From the IMG/VR virus record IMGVR_UViG_3300011923_000008, positions 7,453 to 71,452 of that record: DNA of 64,000 nucleotides. One strand, 5' to 3'. Position numbers and translations under genes: made by a program. The notes below the pieces were generated by a model, which saw only the letters and a program-made list of their open reading frames with translations, was not told the origin of the DNA and searched no databases. Below are positions 19,318 through 28,360 of the stretch, piece by piece. Origin of the DNA: a virus. Lineage: Duplodnaviria > Caudoviricetes. How positions within the stretch are numbered: the first letter of the stretch is position 1; each line of letters starts with the position of its first letter.

Positions 19318-21998
19318 CAGAAGGCTCCTTTGCGATATTGATCAGAATTTCCATCAGGGCGAATGAAGCGCACGCCCGGCTTCACGTCGTGCACGCCCTG
19401 AGTAGGCGCCGCGATGCCCGTGGGCCCAATGCCCTGGGTGGGTGGCTTAGCCGTGTCGCTGGCATTGCGCACCCGCATGCGCTTCTCAAATTGCTCATAG
19501 TCGTACTCGCAAGCGAAAGCATCAAACCCTTCGAGGGCCAGGTCACGCACGCGGTGTGACAGCCAGGCTACCCCGAACTGCTCAGCGTTGAAGCCGGCCG
19601 GGATCGTCGGCATGAGCGGACCCACACGCAGGCCTTGCCAGGCATATGGAGTGTCGCCCGGCTTGCTCGCGCCCATGGTCAGCGAATGCCACCCGGCCAG
19701 CTGCAGCACTCGATTCTTGTGGTCGACCAGCGTGCCCGCGCCGACTTCGCCAGCAAAACCCAGGGGCCTAACCGTCTGGGGCCCAAGGTAAGGCGCGAAT
19801 TGCACCGTGGGCTTGCCCCATAACGTGGCCTCGCTCTCCTGGTACGTTTCGACCGCTTGCTCTCCGGGCAGCGAATGCATGCCCACGCGCAGCATCTGGA
19901 AGCCATAGGGCTGAACATACCGCCGCGCCAGGTCCAGCGTGGGCTCCCCAACTAGCTTGGTCTGCAAGTCTGGCCAGGTGGGGGCTACTGGCCGCGAGCG
20001 GTGCTCGACGCGTGGCGTGCCCGGCCCCTTGAGCAGCTGGTTGTTGGTTGGGCTGTGGTCCACATAGTGCAGGTTGCTCGACGGGTGGTTGCGCAGCGCC
20101 TGCGCCGGGGCCTCGACAGTCGCGTAGATGGTGTGGGGAGACAGCCGCGGCGCGGGTATTTCCAGCGGCGCCGCGATGCCGTCTCGCAGGGCGATAACTC
20201 GATTGCGCAAGGTGACGGCCGGTTCTCCCATGAGGTACTCCACGATGCCGGGCTCGACCCGGATCGAGTTTGCGGTGACAACAGTCGCGCCAAACCGCAA
20301 CGACTCAAAGCCCTCGGGATAGGCAAACAGGTAGCTGACGACCGGCTTGGGCACCTGGTTGCCGCTCAGATTGGGGTCAATCCCCTCTGGCACGATCTTC
20401 TGCACCTCAGGCAGGCCGCCCTGCTTGGTCACCACTGGGCGGGGGATCTCGGGCGGCGCAATGCCAGCCACTGTCACCCAGCTGCGGCGATCACGCACGA
20501 TCGGCACGCCCCACTGCGTCATGTAGGCTTCGCTCGTCTCTATGCGGCGCCATTGGGTGCGCACCGCAGGCATGCCCAATTCTTCGTGGACAGCCCCTTG
20601 AACGTAGATCTCCGGCGTCACCTTTCGCAGTGATGGCTCGCCAAACAGATCCTTGTGCGTCCAGCGCGGCCCGATCACGGTCCACCGAATATTGAGGATC
20701 GCTCCGCCCACACTCGACATATCCCCGCCGCTCACCTGCTCAATGTAGCGAGTGTGCAGCTTCACCACAGGCAAGGGGATGGGCGGCGGCTCAATGGTGT
20801 AGCGATCTTCAAAGCTCAGCGTGCGCACGCCGGCAGCCACCATGGGCGTGCCTGTGGCCACCGAATCCCAGCCCCCGACATTCCGATATTCGCGGCTGCG
20901 GTTTTCGATCACTGGTGTGCCGGTGGTGAGCATGCTTACACCAAAGGGCCCAATGATGGCCGCATTGTTGAAGACGGCATGCCAGATGGAAACCACTGCC
21001 GAATCGAACCCATCCATCACCTGGGGGCGGTTGCGATGGGTAACGCTCCCTGCGGGCTGGTAGACGGGCAGCGCTGGCGGCTCAATGCCACCAGGCGCAA
21101 GAACCCGGGCGTTGTTGTCGATCTGCGAGTAGCCGTGGCGCTCACTCAGGAATCCCTGGGGACCCAGCGTCTTGTTGCGATTCTCGATGGCTGTCCACTG
21201 TCCAAAGCCCGGCGGATTCAAACCATCGGCAGGGTCATGCACCTGCGCGATGAACTGCCGTAGGTTCCATACACTCGCCTGCCCAAAACGCAGTACCTCT
21301 TGCGCATGGGAGGCAAGGCCCTGCGGCCTCGCGTACTGGCGCAGGTTCTGCACTGCAGGCTGGCCAACTGCACCAACAAAACCCTGGGGGGCTATGGTTT
21401 GCGACATCGGGATGATGCGCTCGCCCCATTGGGTCATCTCGGTGCCGACTGGGAAGATGTAGCGCAGCCCCCCGACGGCGTGGCTCTCCAGCATCACGAG
21501 AGACGAGAAACCTGCAGGGGATAGGTCGCGCGGGCTCCGGCTGACCCAGGCCGTGCCGATGCGCAGCAGATCGACGGCGCCGGCGGCGGTGACCCGTCGC
21601 ACGCCATGGGTGATGGTGACTGTACCCACAGCGAGCGCCTGCAGGCCCGAGGGTCTCACATACCGATTCCAGAGCTGGACCACCGGCCGGCCAGAGGCCA
21701 GGTAATCGCTGCCACCATGGGTTACCCGTTGATCCCGGTTCCATACCCGCGCGCCGATACCAACGTTTGAGCTACCCCACCCTTGCGCGGCCGCGAACTG
21801 CTGCTGCCACCGCACACTGACCGCGCCCAGCTCCAGGGTGTCGAAGCCCACGGGAAACAGGTATTGCGTCGTGCCGATGGGCCCGTCGCTGGGCACAAAT
21901 TCCAGGCCGACCTGCGCGCCAAGCGGCGGGGTGTAGAGTCCTTTGAAGTCCAGCGCCACTGTGTGGCCGGCGGGCGGCGTGTAGTCGACCATCGTCAC
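19317..21998 (-). CDS. Tail protein with internal G..G.P.V...R degenerate repeats, 893 aa
   Basis: Long ORF with ATGA overlap to upstream gene. Confidence 0.75.
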   Translation of the reverse strand: MTMVDYTPPAGHTVALDFKGLYTPPLGAQVGLEFVPSDGPIGTTQYLFPVGFDTLELGAVSVRWQQQFAAAQGWGSSNVGIGARVWNRDQRVTHGGSDYLASGRPVVQLWNRYVRPSGLQALAVGTVTITHGVRRVTAAGAVDLLRIGTAWVSRSPRDLSPAGFSSLVMLESHAVGGLRYIFPVGTEMTQWGERIIPMSQTIAPQGFVGAVGQPAVQNLRQYARPQGLASHAQEVLRFGQASVWNLRQFIAQVHDPADGLNPPGFGQWTAIENRNKTLGPQGFLSERHGYSQIDNNARVLAPGGIEPPALPVYQPAGSVTHRNRPQVMDGFDSAVVSIWHAVFNNAAIIGPFGVSMLTTGTPVIENRSREYRNVGGWDSVATGTPMVAAGVRTLSFEDRYTIEPPPIPLPVVKLHTRYIEQVSGGDMSSVGGAILNIRWTVIGPRWTHKDLFGEPSLRKVTPEIYVQGAVHEELGMPAVRTQWRRIETSEAYMTQWGVPIVRDRRSWVTVAGIAPPEIPRPVVTKQGGLPEVQKIVPEGIDPNLSGNQVPKPVVSYLFAYPEGFESLRFGATVVTANSIRVEPGIVEYLMGEPAVTLRNRVIALRDGIAAPLEIPAPRLSPHTIYATVEAPAQALRNHPSSNLHYVDHSPTNNQLLKGPGTPRVEHRSRPVAPTWPDLQTKLVGEPTLDLARRYVQPYGFQMLRVGMHSLPGEQAVETYQESEATLWGKPTVQFAPYLGPQTVRPLGFAGEVGAGTLVDHKNRVLQLAGWHSLTMGASKPGDTPYAWQGLRVGPLMPTIPAGFNAEQFGVAWLSHRVRDLALEGFDAFACEYDYEQFEKRMRVRNASDTAKPPTQGIGPTGIAAPTQGVHDVKPGVRFIRPDGNSDQYRKGAF

Positions 21999-22342
21999 AC
22001 CTCCGGTGCAACGTTCGCCATGATCACATCGTTGCGGCCCGCCAGGCGCCCCACTACATCAAAGCGCAGTGATGGGTTGAGCCCATCAACGCGCCAGGTG
22101 CCGTCGGGTGCAGACACGGTGCGGGCGACCACCACACCATCGAAGCGCGCACCAGCCGGGCCACGCCAGAGCACGCGCACTTCGGCCGCCGTTGGCACCC
22201 CCTCGACCGTGGTGATGCCGTCCGGAAACTCACCAGCCAGATACCCAACCCCTCCAAGCCCGAGTGGCTTCTGGCGAAACCCGACGCCGATGCCGCGACG
22301 AATGCGCAGCACTGAGCCTTTGAGCAAGGGAGGATTACTCAT
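21995..22342 (-). CDS. Small tail accessory protein (Ig/prealbumin-like, SAPDGTWRVDGL motif)
   Basis: 115-aa ORF overlapping both neighbours. Confidence 0.7.
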   Translation of the reverse strand: MSNPPLLKGSVLRIRRGIGVGFRQKPLGLGGVGYLAGEFPDGITTVEGVPTAAEVRVLWRGPAGARFDGVVVARTVSAPDGTWRVDGLNPSLRFDVVGRLAGRNDVIMANVAPEV

Positions 22343-23324
22343 AGAGCATCAGCAGGGACAGGAGGGATGACAGCGTGACGCCGCTGGCCCTCGCCTCGTT
22401 TTGGTCAGATTTAACGGTTGGGATAACTCCCGACCTTGACCCGAGACTGATCATTTTCTTAGTGACAGCACCGGCGTTTAAGTCAAACTGAACACCTTGG
22501 GTGAAAACATCACGATGCCCCAAGTACAAGTTGCGAAACACCGAGACATCTGGAGATGGGCAATACACTTGATCCACGACTGAGTACGCAGGGGCCACTG
22601 CATTTTGCAAAGCAATATCTGATGCAAAGCCTTTGGCTGTGAACAACATGCCATCTAAATATCCTGAGAGGGCCAGATTCTGCGAGTAGATCTGATTATT
22701 CGCCAATGGAATCATTGTGATGTCAGGCGCATAGCATCGCAGTGCATTGCCTGAGATGATGCCGGCGGCGTTTTCAGCACGCTCAATGAATAGGGCAAAC
22801 GAAGCTGCGTCCAACGATCCAGTTATTTGCGCCCCACCCCGCGACCCAGCGCCATATACGAACCCGAAAAAGCCTTCGGCAGCACTGTAGGTGATGAACG
22901 AGGAGCCGGCAGAGGTGATTCTTTGCGTTGTAGTAGTTGAGGTTGTTCCGTATGACTGAGGCATGTAGACGGTGAACGCATCAGAGCCCTTAAACCGAAC
23001 CTCTACCCTGCATCTTGGTGTCCCACCGGTTATGACTGCTGCAGATGAATTCAACCCCTCCACCCCAAAACCGTAGTAGACCGTTATGCTCACAGGTGCC
23101 ACCGCCTGCAATGCATCCGTAAACAGGTACTCGCAGAATCCTGCATAGGTGTTATCCGCACCAAAGGCAGCAACCGAGGCAATGTCCAGTTGCCCGGCCG
23201 CCGACGACTGCACTAGGCCGGCGCTCAAAAAGGACTGGTGGATATCGCCCATGATGAGCTTCCAGCTCGGCAGATCCTTGGAGATGACGCGGGTCGCAGG
23301 CGTCCAGGAACGTGTGTATCCCAT
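22335..23324 (-). CDS. Putative receptor-binding tail fibre/spike, 329 aa
   Basis: Position in tail block; visibly AT-richer than flanking genes after the N-terminal part. Confidence 0.65.
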   Translation of the reverse strand: MGYTRSWTPATRVISKDLPSWKLIMGDIHQSFLSAGLVQSSAAGQLDIASVAAFGADNTYAGFCEYLFTDALQAVAPVSITVYYGFGVEGLNSSAAVITGGTPRCRVEVRFKGSDAFTVYMPQSYGTTSTTTTQRITSAGSSFITYSAAEGFFGFVYGAGSRGGAQITGSLDAASFALFIERAENAAGIISGNALRCYAPDITMIPLANNQIYSQNLALSGYLDGMLFTAKGFASDIALQNAVAPAYSVVDQVYCPSPDVSVFRNLYLGHRDVFTQGVQFDLNAGAVTKKMISLGSRSGVIPTVKSDQNEARASGVTLSSLLSLLMLYE

Positions 23325-23327
23325 GGC

Positions 23328-23726
23328 TTACCCCTTTGGCGCACCAAGCGGCGTCTCGCCGGGCCAGTAGCCTTTAGCCTCGTGCCAGGCAGAGTACTCA
23401 TCCAGTAGTGCCTGGTCATTGACTGCGGCAGCCAAGCGCATGGCCACGCCTGTCGCCCAAAGGTGGCTGTTCTCACCAGTCTGGTTGGGCCCGTCGCGCT
23501 CGGCGATGAACATCTGGAAGGGAGGTAGACCAGCCACCAGGGACCAGTTGACCTTGTGGTCATGAATCACGATGCTTGGCGCGCTCACGCCGTTGACCGA
23601 AAGCACCTGCGCCGGCGGCTTGGCCGGGCCGTCAGCCGGCACGGGCGTAGGTGAGGTTTCCAGTGCAAGGGCCGGGGCGGCAGGCGCTGGTGCCACGGGC
23701 ACATACAAATCGTTGAAGTCGTTCAT
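23328..23726 (-). CDS. Hypothetical protein, 132 aa
   Basis: GGAG SD before ATG 23726. Confidence 0.7.
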   Translation of the reverse strand: MNDFNDLYVPVAPAPAAPALALETSPTPVPADGPAKPPAQVLSVNGVSAPSIVIHDHKVNWSLVAGLPPFQMFIAERDGPNQTGENSHLWATGVAMRLAAAVNDQALLDEYSAWHEAKGYWPGETPLGAPKG

Positions 23727-23727
23727 G

Positions 23728-24078
23728 TCAGGCGTCTCCAATCCGTTGCGGCTGGCCCTGGCGCAAGGGGGTGTAGCGGCCCTGGGTGCCTGGGCGGCAC
23801 GATGCAGCTAGCGCCTCGACCGCCGCGACTGTGGTCTGTGGATTGCGCAGGTCGGCCGCCATCGACGCGATGGCTACGTGCACATCCTCAGTGCACACCG
23901 CGCTTTTGCTCAGTTGCTCCAGGATGGTGGCCTGCGTGCCGAACACGATCTGCAGCTGGTTCTGGTAGGTGCGCGCCTGCTCTGTCCAGAAGTCGCGCTG
24001 CTGTTGCATGGCGGCCAGCTTCAATTGCAGGTGATCAATCTGCGCCTGCAGGTCTTTGGTCTTGGCAATTGCGCTCAT
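23728..24078 (-). CDS. Hypothetical coiled-coil protein, 116 aa
   Basis: Tightly packed ORF in late operon. Confidence 0.7.
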   Translation of the reverse strand: MSAIAKTKDLQAQIDHLQLKLAAMQQQRDFWTEQARTYQNQLQIVFGTQATILEQLSKSAVCTEDVHVAIASMAADLRNPQTTVAAVEALAASCRPGTQGRYTPLRQGQPQRIGDA

Positions 24079-24079
24079 G

Positions 24080-24403
24080 TCAGGGCTGGCCTTTCTTCAC
24101 CTTGGTGGGCTTGTTGGCGACCGACGGGCTGCCAAAGCGCACAGCAGGACGGGCCACTGTGCCCGCCGCTACGGCGCCCGGCACCCGGTCGGTGATGTTG
24201 ATGTTTTCGGGGAGAGGCTCGGCCTCGATGATCTTTTTGGCGGCCTCAATCGCCTCAGCCTGCTGGCCTACGGCAAAGACCAAGAAGAAGCCAGGGCCCA
24301 CGGGCGGCATGGGCGCATTGATCTGAACATGCTCAGCGCTGACTACTTCGACAAGGATCTCCACCTTGCCACGGGCAGAATCCAAAAGAATGGTCTCAGG
24401 CAT
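24080..24403 (-). CDS. Hypothetical protein, 107 aa
   Basis: GGAG SD; tightly packed. Confidence 0.7.
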   Translation of the reverse strand: MPETILLDSARGKVEILVEVVSAEHVQINAPMPPVGPGFFLVFAVGQQAEAIEAAKKIIEAEPLPENINITDRVPGAVAAGTVARPAVRFGSPSVANKPTKVKKGQP

Positions 24404-24466
24404 ACTGTCTCCAATGATGGGCGGCCAACTAGGCCGCGCTTTCGATGTGAGACTCCTGGGAAACGC

Positions 24467-24874
24467 TCACACCCGAAAAATCTTGTTGACCCCGTTGTCC
24501 CAGGTCACGATGATGTCGCCCCCGTTGGGAGTGATTGGCAGGCCGGTAGCCGTGTCGATGTAAGCGATCAACGGGCTGGTGGCTTCGGTGCCGGTGTCCT
24601 TGAAGATCACGATGGCGTTGATCGTGGCCCCCGATACCGATGTGAACGTGCAATCCGCACCATCTGCAGCCCCACCGGTGGTGGCCTTGCCCGTCAGCGT
24701 CACAATCTGGCTAATTCGGGAAGACACCGGCACGTCAGCCAGGTACTGGTGCACCGCAGTCTGCGGCGTGTAAGCGCTGGTACTGACAAGCACGACCTTG
24801 ATCGTGTCCGTCATCCAGTTGATCTGAGCTTCTAAGAATCGCTGACGGGCCGCGTCGTACAAGGTGTTGGCCAT
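24467..24874 (-). CDS. Phage structural protein, 135 aa
   Basis: MANTLYD...DTIKV...PNGGDIIVTWDNG type sequence seen in phage tail blocks; AAGGAG SD. Confidence 0.75.
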   Translation of the reverse strand: MANTLYDAARQRFLEAQINWMTDTIKVVLVSTSAYTPQTAVHQYLADVPVSSRISQIVTLTGKATTGGAADGADCTFTSVSGATINAIVIFKDTGTEATSPLIAYIDTATGLPITPNGGDIIVTWDNGVNKIFRV

Positions 24875-25083
24875 GCGTGCTCCTTGCCTTGTTCAGGCGA
24901 AGAAGCGCACTCCAGCGCGCCAGGGGTTGAAATAGGTGGTCGGCGGATGCGGACAGCTGGTGGCGCATCGATTCGCAGATGAGCCGCCTGGCCGTGTTTC
25001 TTCACCAGCGACACTCGCGTATCGCCAATGGTCAGCGACTGGCCAAGGCTCAGATCTACATACAAGGTGGTTTTACCGCTCAT
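24832..25083 (-). CDS. CsrA/RsmA-like protein, 83 aa
   Basis: LYVDLSLGQSLTIGD-TRVSLVKKHGQAAHLRIDAPPAVRIRR aligns nearly gap-free with CsrA [43 protein letters not shown]. Confidence 0.7.
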   Translation of the reverse strand: MSGKTTLYVDLSLGQSLTIGDTRVSLVKKHGQAAHLRIDAPPAVRIRRPPISTPGALECASSPEQGKEHAWPTPCTTRPVSDS

Positions 25084-25090
25084 GCCTGCA

Positions 25091-25132
25091 AGTGTTCCAG
25101 CAAGTGCCGTGCGGGGCGAACCCTACGCGGGG
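25091..25132 (-). promoter_or_regulatory. Late promoter copy 3 (tail operon), likely leaderless
   Basis: CCCCGCGTAGGGTTCG-N20-AACACT-N7-ATG(25083). Confidence 0.75.
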
Positions 25133-25191
25133 GCGACTGACTTTGCTATGCTGTAACAGGCTTGATACAGTTTTCCAGGAAAGGGATGGGG

Positions 25192-25767
25192 ATGAAATCG
25201 GCTCAGATATTGTTTGCCTGCAGCCTTTTGCTTGCCGGCGCGGCACATGCACAGATCTACAAATGCAAGGATGAACGCGGTCAGTTGCTGCTTTCTGACA
25301 AGCCATGTGCATCTGGCGAACTACTGCAGCGAAAAGCTACGGAATCAGAAAAGGCTGAGGGCGACATGCGAGCCTATGAGGCCAACATGCTCAAGCAAGA
25401 GCGTCGGAATAGAGAGGCTGCGCGTAATGCAGATTCCAACTATGGCAACGCACAGCCACTGCAATACGCGCCTCCACCGGTTGGCTCTCAGCCTCAAAGC
25501 TACGAGGAGAGGCTTGCGGAACGCAATGCAGGCGTAAAGAGCATCCTGGTGCCATCGCGAATTCCTTCTGCAAAGCCGACCAGAAACCAAAACGCTGCCC
25601 CTATCCCGGCTCCGCCTCCCCCTCAGCCCACCACCTTCACCAACTGCGGAGGTGGTTTTTGCACTGACAACTTTGGCGGCACGTATCACCAAGTGAGCCA
25701 AGACTTCATGACCGGCCCAAATGGCCAAGCCTGCCATAGATCTGGGACTGTCTGGAACTGCAACTGA
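25192..25767 (+). CDS. Secreted DUF4124-like moron protein with Cys-containing C-terminal domain
   Basis: Signal peptide MKSAQILFACSLLLAGAAHA, then QIYKCKDERGQLLLSDKPC; C-terminal CGGGFC...C...WNCN. Confidence 0.8.
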   Translation: MKSAQILFACSLLLAGAAHAQIYKCKDERGQLLLSDKPCASGELLQRKATESEKAEGDMRAYEANMLKQERRNREAARNADSNYGNAQPLQYAPPPVGSQPQSYEERLAERNAGVKSILVPSRIPSAKPTRNQNAAPIPAPPPPQPTTFTNCGGGFCTDNFGGTYHQVSQDFMTGPNGQACHRSGTVWNCN

Positions 25768-25901
25768 CGCAGGTGCTGCACAGTCCTGTGCTCGCTGGCA
25801 TGTGTCCCTTGGCCAACACAAAACTATCGCCATTTGTTATACTGGCAGCACTTCGAAAGAAGTTCGGGCTTGGTCGCCCGGTTTGCACTCTGCGGCACCA
25901 A

Positions 25902-25929
25902 GCCGCTTTACATTGATAGCGGCTTTTTT
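25902..25929 (+). terminator. Intrinsic terminator-like hairpin upstream of C4-like RNA
   Basis: GCCGCT-N10-AGCGGC followed by T6. Confidence 0.55.
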
Positions 25930-25949
25930 CATGTCTTGGTGCGCCCAGT

Positions 25950-26038
25950 TTATGGCGGCCCAAGCGGGACACCGAAAGGTGTGCCGGTTTCTGCTCCGCA
26001 GGGTGCCCGGTCGACCAACCCGCTTGGGCTGCCGCCTT
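25950..26038 (+). ncRNA. C4-type antisense RNA (P1 c4 / P4 CI-like)
   Basis: Closing stem ATGGCGGCCCAAGCGGG / CCCGCTTGGGCTGCCGCC, inner ACACC-GAAA-GGTGT hairpin, CCGGT arms, exposed CGACCAA (26012-26018) complementary to TTGGTCG at 25870 and 26042; lies just before an antirepressor. Confidence 0.7.
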
Positions 26039-26090
26039 CTCTTGGTCGAGAGGTCGCAGCGGTTAATCCATAAGCACCTTGGAGCAAGAC

Positions 26091-26765
26091 ATGCAGAATT
26101 CCCTCGCCTTCTCGGCGCCCACTGAACATTCCACCTTCAACTTCGGCAATCACCCCGTTCGCATTGTCATGCGCGCTGAAGAGCCATGGTTTGTGGCTTC
26201 CGACATTTGCGCAGCATTGGGATACGCAAACACGAGCAAAGCTGTAGCTGACCACCTTGATGCAGATGAGCGGTCTAACGAACAGTTAGACCGGTCCCGG
26301 ATGGGCAGCAAGTCTGTGATCATCAATGAATCGGGACTATATGCTTTGGTACTTCGAAGCCGCAAGCCCGAGGCCAGAAGGTTTGCCAAGTGGGTGACCG
26401 GCGAAGTCCTGCCAAGCATCCGCAAAACTGGGCAATACGTAAAGGCTGGGCACGCTCTGTCGCCGCAAGAAATGGTGGCCGCCTTGGTTAAGCATATCGA
26501 GGCTCCGAACAGCGTGCCAACCATCGAATTTATGCCTTTGGTTAACGCAGTGCTCCGGAAACAAGGTTTCGATTTGAGCCCCGCTTCCATGTCACCAGAG
26601 CAGGCAACTGCGATCACCGACAGGATCAACAGCCTGGCCAAGCTATTTCACCCGCTCTCACCTCAATTTGCTGACGTGCTTGGCATTCGTCGCGCGATGA
26701 GAGGTCTCCATCCCAAATTCGGGACCAGGGAGCCTGGATATAGCCAACTCCTTGCTGCTCTGTAA
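26091..26765 (+). CDS. Bro-N domain antirepressor
   Basis: VRIVMRAEEPWFVASDICAALG...INESGLYALVLRSRKPEARRFAKWVTGEVLPSIRKTGQY; GGAG SD. Confidence 0.92.
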   Translation: MQNSLAFSAPTEHSTFNFGNHPVRIVMRAEEPWFVASDICAALGYANTSKAVADHLDADERSNEQLDRSRMGSKSVIINESGLYALVLRSRKPEARRFAKWVTGEVLPSIRKTGQYVKAGHALSPQEMVAALVKHIEAPNSVPTIEFMPLVNAVLRKQGFDLSPASMSPEQATAITDRINSLAKLFHPLSPQFADVLGIRRAMRGLHPKFGTREPGYSQLLAAL

Positions 26766-27601
26766 TGAATACTGGGCACGCCTCGAAAATCACCAACTGG
26801 TTTGCTGCGCGCTGGCAGCGCGGGCCTGCGGTGCACATCGCGCCCACGGCGCGCGACTTGCCGGTACCGGCGCCGGCGGACGCGCGGGGCGTCTTCCATC
26901 AGGGTGCAGTTCATGTCGTTGCGCAGCAAATGCCCACCACCCTGGCCCAGACGCTCATGCACGAGGCCGTCGGCCACTACGGCATGCGCAAGTGGTTGGG
27001 CGCCGAGTGGCCGGCCTTCATGCGTGCAGTCCAGAACGGCGCGAAGGCTGGGGACACGGGGCTACAGCAGCTGCAGGCACACATCCGCCAGACCTATGTT
27101 GATGACGCTGGGTCCTACCAGCTTTCCGCCAGGATGGAATCAGACGAGATTGCGGCGTACACAGCCGAAGCGTTGATCTGCTACCAGACGGGGACGCTGC
27201 GCCCAGATCGCGCTTGGCAAAAGGCGCTCCAAGCCACAAAAGGCCGGCTGATCCGAGAAGGCTTGCTCGTTGAAGGCCAGGTGACGCAGGCCGAATTGGA
27301 AGGCGCCCTATTCCTGGCTGCCAAGCACATGGAAGGCTGGCCCTGGTTGCACGCTCAGGGGCGCATTTCGGCACTTTTGGCGAGGTGCGGTATTATTTGG
27401 CCCATGCCTAAGTTTGACCCCCTCAAGCGACCACCTACCTACCTGGAGAGCATGGAGCTTCTGCGCCGTGCTGATCAGCAGGTTAAGGACAAGGAAGAGC
27501 GCGCAGGATTTTTTCGAATTGGGGGTAGTCTTCTGCTCTTGGCCGTATTGGTATTTGGCGGGGGTGCAATGCTCATCTATGGGATAGCCAAGCTATTCTG
27601 A
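26765..27601 (+). CDS. Zincin metallopeptidase (HExxGH) with C-terminal TM segment
   Basis: LMHEAVGHYGMR and downstream DEIAA; TAATG overlap with the Bro-N gene. Confidence 0.8.
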   Translation: MNTGHASKITNWFAARWQRGPAVHIAPTARDLPVPAPADARGVFHQGAVHVVAQQMPTTLAQTLMHEAVGHYGMRKWLGAEWPAFMRAVQNGAKAGDTGLQQLQAHIRQTYVDDAGSYQLSARMESDEIAAYTAEALICYQTGTLRPDRAWQKALQATKGRLIREGLLVEGQVTQAELEGALFLAAKHMEGWPWLHAQGRISALLARCGIIWPMPKFDPLKRPPTYLESMELLRRADQQVKDKEERAGFFRIGGSLLLLAVLVFGGGAMLIYGIAKLF

Positions 27602-27626
27602 CCAGCGTTCGTCATCCCGCCAACGC

Positions 27627-27647
27627 GCCCTCGTAAGAGGGCTTTTT
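27627..27647 (+). terminator. Intrinsic terminator
   Basis: GCCCTC-GTAA-GAGGGC-T5. Confidence 0.7.
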
Positions 27648-27700
27648 CACATGTGTTTCCTTCATTAGAATTTGCGGTAACGCCACAGCTAAGGTGAAAA

Positions 27701-28132
27701 ATGACTACGGAGGATTTGCTGCTTGTAGCAGCTTTTGCGGGGGGAGCTATTGGATTGTGGATGCTCAAAAGATGGGATGAGCGGCGCATGGATCACCTGG
27801 CTCAAATCAAGTTTCCTAAAGCCACATCTAACAATCCGCTGCAAAAGAAGTTGACCTGGGAGCAAAAGAAGCAAGAGTTAGAACAAGAATTGAAGCGCGC
27901 CCACTCCATAAGCGATGGACAGGCTTTGGCACCTTACGCTGGCTTCCTCTTAGGCTTGGCAGTGGGGTTCCGCTTCTTTGGCGGGATTGGATTGCTCTTC
28001 GGAATACCTTTAGGCATTGTGGCCTACTACCTTGTCAAAGCATGGGTATCAAGAGGTCGCGCGAAAGCCGCGAAGGCACTTGCAGATCATCTGGGTAGCG
28101 ATAGAGGAGGCAGTTACTTAGCTCAGCGATGA
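27701..28132 (+). CDS. Membrane protein, about three TM helices, 143 aa
   Basis: Hydrophobic segments at N-terminus and residues ~88-120; AAGGTG SD; AT-richer codon use. Confidence 0.8.
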   Translation: MTTEDLLLVAAFAGGAIGLWMLKRWDERRMDHLAQIKFPKATSNNPLQKKLTWEQKKQELEQELKRAHSISDGQALAPYAGFLLGLAVGFRFFGGIGLLFGIPLGIVAYYLVKAWVSRGRAKAAKALADHLGSDRGGSYLAQR

Positions 28133-28158
28133 TGCGCAGCCATCACCCGAGGGCTTTT

Positions 28159-28353
28159 TCATGCCCGAGACCGTTCTTCAACCATCTGCCTCAAAGATGC
28201 CTCGAGTCGCTCAGCCATCGGATCTTTCCTGAGATGCTCGGTATAGACAGTTGTACAGGCCAGACGCGATGTGACGACCCTTCGAAATAGGTTGGGCCAT
28301 GGGCGAGCGACGGTGCCCGCCTTTGGCGCGAATGGTTGCATCTCAGTTGCCAT
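28159..28353 (-). CDS. Small late protein, 64 aa
   Basis: Has its own copy of the late promoter with the same ATG spacing as terS and csrA-like genes. Confidence 0.6.
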   Translation of the reverse strand: MATEMQPFAPKAGTVARPWPNLFRRVVTSRLACTTVYTEHLRKDPMAERLEASLRQMVEERSRA

Positions 28354-28360
28354 GCCCCCC

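Noticed and set aside
19317-23324. Diversity-generating retroelement around tail genes
   Set aside because: No reverse transcriptase and no TR/VR repeat pair seen.
25147-25170. CTGT...ACAG near the DUF4124 gene
   Set aside because: Spacer is 12 nt rather than 8, so not a LexA box.
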